Shown here: in pieces, positions 56,873 through 64,000 of the stretch
Position numbering within the stretch: the first letter of the stretch is position 1
How the letters are laid out: every line of letters begins with the position of its first letter
DNA from: Planctomycetota bacterium
GTDB taxonomy: Bacteria; Planctomycetota; SZUA-567; H5-PLA8
Length of the DNA: 64,000 nucleotides
Direction of reading: 5' to 3'
Assembly (NCBI GenBank): GCA_038227875.1
Contig: JBBRPR010000001.1
Location: forward strand, 160,001 to 224,000
Position numbers and translations under genes: made by a program
Notes under the pieces: model-generated
The model's database searches: none
What the model saw: only the letters and a program-made list of their open reading frames with translations
Told to the model about the DNA's origin: nothing

Positions 56873-59800
56873 TTACTCCATCCGCTTGCGGTACATCGCC
56901 AGCGGCTCAAGCAGATTCCGGACGCGCTGCCGCAACGCCGCTTCGTTGTGCTTGCTCTTCAAATCCATGCCGAACGACAAGGTTTCGCCGTCGAGAATGC
57001 GGATGCCCTTCACTTCCGGCAGGCCACGCAGCGCGCGGTCGCTGGCCTTCATGTCCCAGCCGTGCAGTTTCAGGATGATGCGCCCTTCCGCTTCGTCGAG
57101 CCCCACATACGGCACGCGCGCGGCACGGGCAAGGAGACGCAACTTCGCCTCTTCGAACATGCGCACGCCCGGTGGCGGGAGCGCACCGAAGCGTTCGGTG
57201 AGCTCGTCCTTCAGCGAATCGATTTCGGCATCCGCGCGGCAGGCATCGAGGCGGCGGTAGATTTCGAGCGTCACCTTGTCATCCTGAACGTAGTCCTCCG
57301 GAATGTACGCCGCGCCGCGGAGTTGAACATTGCACTCCATTGTCTCTTCGACCTTCTCGCCGCGGATCGACCGGACCGTGGCGTCAAGCAGTTTGCAATA
57401 GAGGTCGTAGCCAATCTCCGCGATCTCGCCGGACTGCTGACGGCCGAGCACGTTTCCAGCACCGCGGATTTCCAGGTCCTTCAAAGCGAGCTGAAATCCA
57501 GCGCCCAGTTCGTCAAATTCCTCAAGCGCGCGCAGGCGGCGCAGGCCCTCGGGTGTCAGCGCGCTGGTCTCCGGGAGCAGCAAATAGCAATACGCCTGTA
57601 CGTCACTGCGTCCCACGCGGCCGCGAAGCTGGTGGAGCTCCGAGAGGCCGAAGTGGTCCGCTTCGTGAATTAAAATGGTGTTCGCCGACGGAATATCGAG
57701 CCCCGATTCGACAATCGTGGTGCTGACCAGCACGTCGATCTTATGATGGAGGAACGCCTCCATCACTTCTTCGAGCGCGTCGCCGCCCATCTGGCCGTGA
57801 CCGACGGCAAAGCGCGCTTCGGGGAGCAGATCCTGCAGGCGCGTGCGAAATTCTTCGATGTCTTTCACGCGCGGATGGACCACGAAGACCTGCCCGCCGC
57901 GGCTGATCTCCCGCAGGATCGCGCGGCGCAGCAAATCGTCGGAAACGCGCGCTACCTTGGTCATGATCGGCCGCCGGTTGCGCGGCGGCGTGGTGAGATT
58001 GGAAATGTCGCGCAGTCCCAGCAGCGCCATATGGAGCGTGCGCGGAATCGGTGTGGCCGTCAGCGTCATGACGTCGATCGAGCGGCGCAGATGCTTGAAG
58101 AATTCCTTGTGTTCGACGCCGAACCGCTGCTCCTCGTCGATCACCGCAAGTCCAAGGTCCTTGAAGCGCACATCCTTCTGCAGCAACCGATGTGTACCGA
58201 TCACGACGTCGACGCGCCCAGTTTCGAGCCGTTCGAGCAACCGCTTCTGCTCCCCCGGAGTCTTGAATCTCGAGAGCGTGTCGACGACGAACGGAAAGCC
58301 GGAGAAACGCTCCTTGAACGTACGGCCATGCTGTTCGGCCAGCAGCGTGGTCGGAGCGAGCACCGCGACCTGCTTGCCCGCGTTGGCCGCCTTGAATGCG
58401 GCGCGGAGCGCGACTTCCGTTTTGCCAAAGCCGACGTCGCCGCAGATCAGCCGGTCCATCGGGCACGTAGCCTGCATGTCGGTCTTGACTGCATCGATGG
58501 CGGTGAGCTGGTCGACGGTCTCCTTGTACGGAAACGCGTGCTCGAACTGCTCCTGCCATTCGTTGTCGGGCCCGAAGACGATGCCCGGGAGGCTCTTGCG
58601 CGCCGCCTGGAGCTTGAGCAAGTCCTCGGCAATGTCGCGCAGCGCCTTTTCCGCGCGCTCCTTTTTGCGCGACCAGACCTTGCTGCCGATCGTCGAGAGC
58701 TCGAGATTCGAATGCCCGCCGATGTACTTACTGACCCAGCCGATATGCGCCGCCGGCACGTACAGCTTGACGTCGTTGGCGAACATCAGCGTCAGGTAGT
58801 CTTCGGTCCGTCCGCTTTTCTCCAGCCGTGCGAGACCCAGATACCGCGCAATACCGTGCGCCGCATGGACGACGTGGTCGCCCAGCTGAAGGTCCATGAG
58901 ATGTTGAATCGCGACCGTGCCTGGCGCTTGTTTGCGCTTCGGAGCCGTCTCCTTGTCCGCCGCGTGGCGACTAAGCCCCAGAATTTCGCGATCTGGAATC
59001 ACCGCCAGATCAGCCGAACGGAGATCGAACCCGCCCGAGATCTTGCCCAGCACCAGCCGCACAGCGTGCTCGGATTTCTTCGCTTTCGCGCCGGGATGCT
59101 GCATCACGCCGGCTTCTTCAAGCAGCGTCTGAAGTCGCTGTCGGTGGCCGGGCGTCTCGCAGAATACAACCACTTGCTCGCGCTCCGCGACGACGTGCTT
59201 CCAAGTGTCCGCGTTTTTCGCCACGTCGCCGGCCAGACGCTGCAGCGTGGTGCAGGCGATGGTCAGTTCGATCGTGCTGGGGAGCGCGAAGACTGGCGGA
59301 GACGCCGCGGTTTGAGCATCGGAGACGGGACCGGTGCCAAAGGCGCCCTTCTCCCCCCCTTGAAAAGAGGGGGCAGGGGAGGTCGATCCGTCGCTCTCGC
59401 CGGGCGCATCCTCTTCCCCCGGCGTCTCCCACCCGCCCAGCATCTGCAGCGAATCCAACCGCGCGGCGACGGTCGCCAGCAGTTCCTCGACGCTGAAACT
59501 GATAGATCGTCCCGAAACTAAACTGGCGCGATAAAGCTCGCCGCGTTGCCGCAGCCGCGCGGGGTCCTGGAAAATGATCAGCGCGCCGTCGGGCAGGTGA
59601 TCGAGAATCGAATACGGACCGCTGCTGGCGCCCGGCGAAAAAAGCTTCTTCAGCGCTTCCGGCGAGGCATCGGCGAACGCAATCGCATCGACGGGCTCGT
59701 CGGAACGCTGCGAGATCGGGTCGAAAGGTTTGATCGATTCGATCGTGTCGCCGTTGAAGTCGATGCGGAAGGGCGTCTCCGACGTGTACGGAAAAATATC

Positions 59801-60544
59801 AAGGATGCCGCCGCGCAGTGCGAATTCGCCGCGCACTTCCGCCTGGCCTACGCGTTCGTAACCGGCCTCGCCCAGCTTGCGGCCGAGGAGAATCGGATCA
59901 TGGTCGTCGCCGGTGCGCAGCGTGATCGTTTGCGCGGCGTCGGCGGGAGATTCTGTCGGCTGCAGCAACGCGGTGATGGGCGCAGCGAGCAGGTAGCATT
60001 CGGGCAGCACGCCGGTTCCGGCACGGATTTCACGCAACCGGTCCGTGGCGCGGCGGCGGCCGGCGAGCGTCAGACCTTCCGGCCGGTCGGACTCCGTCGG
60101 CAGCACGTCCCACGCGGGAAAGAGCGTGCTTTCGAGAAAGAGACCCTTGCGCAGATCTTCGGGAATCGTGGAGGTCGCCGGCAGACCGGCGTCGGCCCAC
60201 TGTTCCTCGCGCGCCATCCGGGCGATGGCCTTCTCGCGCTTCTGCGCTGCGTTGGCCGTCTGCGGAGCAGGCGCGTCGACGGTGTGTTCAAGCGAAACGA
60301 AGGTACGCACGTCGGCGACGGCATCGAGCGCGCTTTCCGGGCCATCGGTCACCAGCAGTACGACTGAAGGCCGTTTCCCGACGCGCATACGCCCGAGCGC
60401 CCCGGCGACGAGCGACCGCGACGCGCCGATCAGTCCCGTGACGGCGGCGTGGACGCGGGTTTTTCCGGTGGGCTTTTTGAAGCTATCGAGTTCGGAAAGA
60501 GCCGACAGCCGGGCGTAGAGGGAACGGGCACTCATGGGTTCCAT
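56873..60544 (-). CDS. mfd: Transcription-repair coupling factor
   Basis: EFALRGGILDIFP, GDHVVH..HGIARY, CGDVGFGKTEVA, DEEQRFG, TATPIPRTL, QLRGRVGR, DLEIRGAGN. Confidence 0.97.
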   Translation of the reverse strand: MEPMSARSLYARLSALSELDSFKKPTGKTRVHAAVTGLIGASRSLVAGALGRMRVGKRPSVVLLVTDGPESALDAVADVRTFVSLEHTVDAPAPQTANAAQKREKAIARMAREEQWADAGLPATSTIPEDLRKGLFLESTLFPAWDVLPTESDRPEGLTLAGRRRATDRLREIRAGTGVLPECYLLAAPITALLQPTESPADAAQTITLRTGDDHDPILLGRKLGEAGYERVGQAEVRGEFALRGGILDIFPYTSETPFRIDFNGDTIESIKPFDPISQRSDEPVDAIAFADASPEALKKLFSPGASSGPYSILDHLPDGALIIFQDPARLRQRGELYRASLVSGRSISFSVEELLATVAARLDSLQMLGGWETPGEEDAPGESDGSTSPAPSFQGGEKGAFGTGPVSDAQTAASPPVFALPSTIELTIACTTLQRLAGDVAKNADTWKHVVAEREQVVVFCETPGHRQRLQTLLEEAGVMQHPGAKAKKSEHAVRLVLGKISGGFDLRSADLAVIPDREILGLSRHAADKETAPKRKQAPGTVAIQHLMDLQLGDHVVHAAHGIARYLGLARLEKSGRTEDYLTLMFANDVKLYVPAAHIGWVSKYIGGHSNLELSTIGSKVWSRKKERAEKALRDIAEDLLKLQAARKSLPGIVFGPDNEWQEQFEHAFPYKETVDQLTAIDAVKTDMQATCPMDRLICGDVGFGKTEVALRAAFKAANAGKQVAVLAPTTLLAEQHGRTFKERFSGFPFVVDTLSRFKTPGEQKRLLERLETGRVDVVIGTHRLLQKDVRFKDLGLAVIDEEQRFGVEHKEFFKHLRRSIDVMTLTATPIPRTLHMALLGLRDISNLTTPPRNRRPIMTKVARVSDDLLRRAILREISRGGQVFVVHPRVKDIEEFRTRLQDLLPEARFAVGHGQMGGDALEEVMEAFLHHKIDVLVSTTIVESGLDIPSANTILIHEADHFGLSELHQLRGRVGRSDVQAYCYLLLPETSALTPEGLRRLRALEEFDELGAGFQLALKDLEIRGAGNVLGRQQSGEIAEIGYDLYCKLLDATVRSIRGEKVEETMECNVQLRGAAYIPEDYVQDDKVTLEIYRRLDACRADAEIDSLKDELTERFGALPPPGVRMFEEAKLRLLARAARVPYVGLDEAEGRIILKLHGWDMKASDRALRGLPEVKGIRILDGETLSFGMDLKSKHNEAALRQRVRNLLEPLAMYRKRME

Positions 60545-60654
60545 TAGAACGGAAAAGAGGTGGGATGCAACGGGAGCGCCCCGCGTGACGAATCCCGCTT
60601 GAAAAAGCCACGCACGCCGCGCAAATTTAACGCAACTTCAGGAGTATCTCCACG

Positions 60655-62172
60655 GTGGCGGCTATTGTCTGGTGGGCCCTGCTCGCCGGTCTGTTAATCT
60701 TCAACAAGCCCTTTGCGTCAATCGGTATGCCGCCGCTGTACATCAGCGAGTGCGCGATCGTGATTGTAATGCTGGCGCGTTTCCGCAAGGACGCGCTGGA
60801 ACTGCTGCGCGATTCGTGGGCCTTTCGGCTCATCGCGGTCTTCTTTCTTTACGGCTCGGTCCGCGCCCTGTTTGGCGCGCGCGAACACGGTTTCATCGCG
60901 CTGCGCGACGGCGTGTTCGCCGGCTACGCCATCGCGGCGCTGCTGGCAGTGCAGGCATGGCGGTCCGAGAAGGACGTCGATGCGTCCGACCTGATCCGGC
61001 ACGTCGAGGCCATGTTCCTGACGATTGCGACGCTGGCGGGCCTGCTTTCCACGCTCATCGCGTTTGGTTATGTCCATTTTTCATGGCTGGTGGCCGCGGG
61101 CAAGGCCGATTTGTTCGCGCTGTCGGCGGCCCTCGCGGCGTGGGCATGGTGGATGCGGAGCGTCGCGTGGATTCCGCGCGAATCAGCACCGGGGCCGTCT
61201 CCAAACGACTCGCGTAGCTGGAAAAAAGTTGCTCCCGCCGTCGGCCTCGCACTTTTTTTCTCCTTTGTTTTTCTGACGCGATTTCAGATCCGTTCGGTGC
61301 TCCTCGGCATCGTTCCGGTAACGCTTGCGGTGGTTGTCGCCGTTTGCCACACGCGGCGACGGCAAGCCGTGCTTGGTGCTCTGGCACTGGTAATGTTGAT
61401 TCTGATCGGCCCGTCGCGCCTAATGAAGCCGCTGGCGGTATTCAGCAGCGTCGACCAGGAATACAAGCTCGATGCCGGCTTGGAAGCCCAGGCCGTGGCG
61501 CCGGCGCTCGCGCCTCCGGGCCCTTCTCCCGCTCCTCCTCTTCCACCTCTTCCGCCTCCTGCGCCGACGCCACCTCCTGTGGTGCCGGCAGGGCCTGTGG
61601 ACGTCTACAATCCGGCGCCGCACAATTGGGATGAATCGTGGGAGCGCCTGACCAGCGTCTACAATTCTGACATCAACGGGTTTTCGAGTTCGGCGGGCCA
61701 GGGCGGTGCCATAAATGTCCGCTGGCGCGCGGCGTTCTGGGTGCGCTGTTGCCGCGTCACCCTGCACGATTCGCCGCTCTGGGGACTGGGATTCGGCACC
61801 AATCTGACCGATGTCATGCGCGATACATCCGCGTGGCCCATGTACGAGCTCAGCCAGAAGATGGTTCCGCCCAACCGCAATCCGCACAACGCTCACGTCA
61901 CCATTTTTTCGCGGCTGGGTTTTGTTGGCCTATTCTTGTGGCTGGGAATACTGGCAGTTGTGAGCATCCAGACTCTCCGTAAGCTGCACCGCTGCGCGAA
62001 GGGAAGTTCACGCGAGACGGACGCGGAGTTCTGGGCCGGGCTGACGGTTTTCGGTGCGTGGCTTTTCTTTCTCTCCGCGATGTCCGTCGGCGTCGTGCTC
62101 GAAAGCCCGATGGGCGGATTGTGGTTCTGGTCGCTGACGGGTGTGTTGGGTTTTTGGAGCAAAGGGGACTGA
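60655..62172 (+). CDS. O-antigen ligase family membrane protein
   Basis: Multi-TM; RWR...W, PLWGLGFG, NPHNAHVTIFSRLGFVG. Confidence 0.82.
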   Translation: MAAIVWWALLAGLLIFNKPFASIGMPPLYISECAIVIVMLARFRKDALELLRDSWAFRLIAVFFLYGSVRALFGAREHGFIALRDGVFAGYAIAALLAVQAWRSEKDVDASDLIRHVEAMFLTIATLAGLLSTLIAFGYVHFSWLVAAGKADLFALSAALAAWAWWMRSVAWIPRESAPGPSPNDSRSWKKVAPAVGLALFFSFVFLTRFQIRSVLLGIVPVTLAVVVAVCHTRRRQAVLGALALVMLILIGPSRLMKPLAVFSSVDQEYKLDAGLEAQAVAPALAPPGPSPAPPLPPLPPPAPTPPPVVPAGPVDVYNPAPHNWDESWERLTSVYNSDINGFSSSAGQGGAINVRWRAAFWVRCCRVTLHDSPLWGLGFGTNLTDVMRDTSAWPMYELSQKMVPPNRNPHNAHVTIFSRLGFVGLFLWLGILAVVSIQTLRKLHRCAKGSSRETDAEFWAGLTVFGAWLFFLSAMSVGVVLESPMGGLWFWSLTGVLGFWSKGD

Positions 62173-63012
62173 ATGCTGCGCCAACTCGCCAAGCAGTTGC
62201 TCCGCGCCACGCTGGCCGAGCGCGTGGAAATGCCGCGCGCGCAGCGCCAGTTGATGTCCGCGCCCGGCCTTTCGCCCTTGGACGTCGCGATGCTGGAGCA
62301 GGTGTCGTTGCGCGTCGATCCCAACGAAGAGATGTATCGTCCATTCCGGGCTGAACATTATTTGAATGTGGGTCTGTCGACAGTGCACGCCATCGACGCG
62401 GCCTTGAAAGTTGCGGGTCCGATGTCCGGCGGCGTTCAGAACATTCTCGATTTTCCCTGCGGACACGGGCGGGTGATGCGATTCCTGCGGCTGCGCTTTC
62501 CGCGAGCATCGATCTACGCCGCGGAGCTGGAAACCACCGGCCTCGAATTCTGCCGTGTCAATTTCGATGCCAAGCCCGTCCCGACCTCGTCTGACTTCGA
62601 TGCGCTGACGCTGATCACGAAGTTCGACCTGATCTGGTGCGGTTCGCTGCTGACGCATACCAATGAAGCCAGCACCGCGGCGCTGCTCCGTTTTTTTCAT
62701 CGCCATCTGATGCCTGCGGGCATCTGCGTGTTCACCACGCATGGCGACTATCCGGCGGAAAATCTCGAACGTGGCCTTCACGGCTACGGTTTGCCCACCG
62801 ACGCGCAGAAGACCATTGTCGCACAATACCGCGAGAAGGGCTTCGGCTTTGGCGCGTACGCCGGTCAGACGAATTATGGGATCTCGCTGGCTACGCACGA
62901 ACGGATGAAAACCATTGCCACTGAGGCCGGCGGGTGGAAGGAACTCTACTTCACGCCGCGCGGCTGGGACAATCACCAGGACATCCACGCGTATCAACGC
63001 GCCGCCGATTAG
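62173..63012 (+). CDS. Class I SAM-dependent methyltransferase
   Basis: ILDFPCGHGRVMRFL, FDLIWCGSLLTH, FTTHG. Confidence 0.9.
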   Translation: MLRQLAKQLLRATLAERVEMPRAQRQLMSAPGLSPLDVAMLEQVSLRVDPNEEMYRPFRAEHYLNVGLSTVHAIDAALKVAGPMSGGVQNILDFPCGHGRVMRFLRLRFPRASIYAAELETTGLEFCRVNFDAKPVPTSSDFDALTLITKFDLIWCGSLLTHTNEASTAALLRFFHRHLMPAGICVFTTHGDYPAENLERGLHGYGLPTDAQKTIVAQYREKGFGFGAYAGQTNYGISLATHERMKTIATEAGGWKELYFTPRGWDNHQDIHAYQRAAD

Positions 63013-63017
63013 CGCAG

Positions 63018-63668
63018 TTATTTCTTCCGCTCGTCCATGGTATTTCCCCACGACGTAACTTCCATCACGACCTGCAGCGTGTCGATGGTGTTGAGCTGGC
63101 GCACGAAACCGCCGCCGGTTTTCGGGACGACTTCGCGCTTGTCGTCGGGGGCCTGCAGTTCGCGTACGACGCCGCCGAACGGCACGCCGTCGGCAATCAC
63201 CTTGTGATACTTGGCGAGCTTCATCGCGGTGGTTTCGCCGTTCCATTCCTTCAGCGCGGTGACGATCAGTCCTTCGAAGCCTTCGCAGGCAAGTTTCACG
63301 CCGTTGAGTTTCTGTTTGAACGTGCCGGTGCTTTTCATCTCCACTTCGCGCGGTTTCCCGGCGCTCTCGTTGCGCGAGATCTTGCGTTTGCGTTCGGTTT
63401 TCTTGCCGGAGGACTCTGACACTTCGTCGATGTAGACGAAGTCGGAATCGAGTTCGCGAATCTCCGTGCGCGTGGTCGCGCCGCCGGAAAATTTGCGGAC
63501 GATGTAATCGCCGACGCGCGCCGACTTCACCCACGGTTCGAAGGGCAGGGGCGTGGCCTGCTGCTCGATCCGGTCGGCCAGTGTCTCCGCCTTGGTCGCG
63601 CCGTCTTCAGCTCGGGTGAACGGACAGAGGCATAGCACTACCGCCAGAAATAAGGCGTAACGTGGCAA
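63018..63668 (-). CDS. Exported hypothetical protein
   Basis: AGGAG SD before TTG 63668; signal peptide ending TRA-E; PW...VGDY and VPFGGVVR motifs. Confidence 0.65.
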   Translation of the reverse strand: MPRYALFLAVVLCLCPFTRAEDGATKAETLADRIEQQATPLPFEPWVKSARVGDYIVRKFSGGATTRTEIRELDSDFVYIDEVSESSGKKTERKRKISRNESAGKPREVEMKSTGTFKQKLNGVKLACEGFEGLIVTALKEWNGETTAMKLAKYHKVIADGVPFGGVVRELQAPDDKREVVPKTGGGFVRQLNTIDTLQVVMEVTSWGNTMDERKK

Positions 63669-63736
63669 ACGATCTCTCCTGTGATGAATCGTTAAGGAGA
63701 GACGAGCGTAACCGCGATTCGCTGTGAAAAAGTGAT

Positions 63737-63765
63737 AAAAAAACGGCGACAGGTCGTCGCCGTTC
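63737..63765 (-). terminator. Probable intrinsic terminator
   Basis: A-run followed by AACGGCGAC-AGGTC-GTCGCCGTT, downstream of the minus-strand ORF ending at 63791. Confidence 0.7.
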
Positions 63766-63790
63766 GTACGAGTTTTAAAGGTAGCTACGC

Positions 63791-64000
63791 TTACGGAGCG
63801 TCGATGCGTGCGCCGCCGGTGTTGCGCTTGGGGCGCTCGTCGGGGAGTTGGTCGCGGGTTTTTCCGGCGTTGGCCTTGCACCAGTCGAGAATTTTGTCGA
63901 TGTGCTTTTTCTTGCCCTCGGCGTCCAGGTTGGAATAAATCCCAATTTCGGAAAGGTCGCGTTTCGCGGCCTCATTCAGGACCGTGCTGATCACCCAATT
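63791..64000 (-). CDS. 3' end of a gene running off the window
   Basis: Frame open to the window edge, host-like codon usage, followed by a terminator. Confidence 0.6.
   Translation of the reverse strand, partial: NWVISTVLNEAAKRDLSEIGIYSNLDAEGKKKHIDKILDWCKANAGKTRDQLPDERPKRNTGGARIDAP

Noticed and set aside
61490..61600. Pro-rich repeat tract in the O-antigen ligase gene (also 6000-6300)
   Set aside because: Ordinary low-complexity protein linkers; in-frame, with no DNA-level periodicity beyond codons.

Overview
GC-rich bacterial chromosome segment. The gene content (DUF1573-like, DUF2950-like, extended ECF sigma, Uma2, MoxR/VWA, FHA-kinase, giant TPR/PQQ protein) suggests Planctomycetota/PVC, by inference. 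Housekeeping genes are dtd, dapA, truA, pgl, sfsA, fabF-like plus ACP, rlmN, moaA, a polyprenyl synthetase and mfd. They are interspersed with an NHL-VWA-MoxR-DUF58-BatA operon bracketed by a split Fe3+-type ABC transporter, a ~3,060-aa secreted TPR/beta-propeller/carbohydrate-binding protein behind an AT-rich leader, two tandem LacI-fold sensors lacking both HTH and output domain, a probable FHA pseudokinase and a solo IS630-type HTH. I saw no rRNA, tRNA, CRISPR array or intact mobile element. The most unusual signals are non-coding: (i) a chain of about a dozen abutting palindromes, including perfect loop-less 26- and 28-bp ones, upstream of an ECF sigma gene; (ii) a 1.35-kb repeat- and hairpin-packed spacer containing a phased 12 x 10-bp array with a 60-bp higher-order period; (iii) four heptamer tandem-repeat families placed at gene 3' ends; (iv) a 189-bp fold-back element over the truA start; (v) a composite REP-like element present twice, with REP-like motifs also in-frame inside genes. 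Product calls come from motif recognition by eye; no database search was run.
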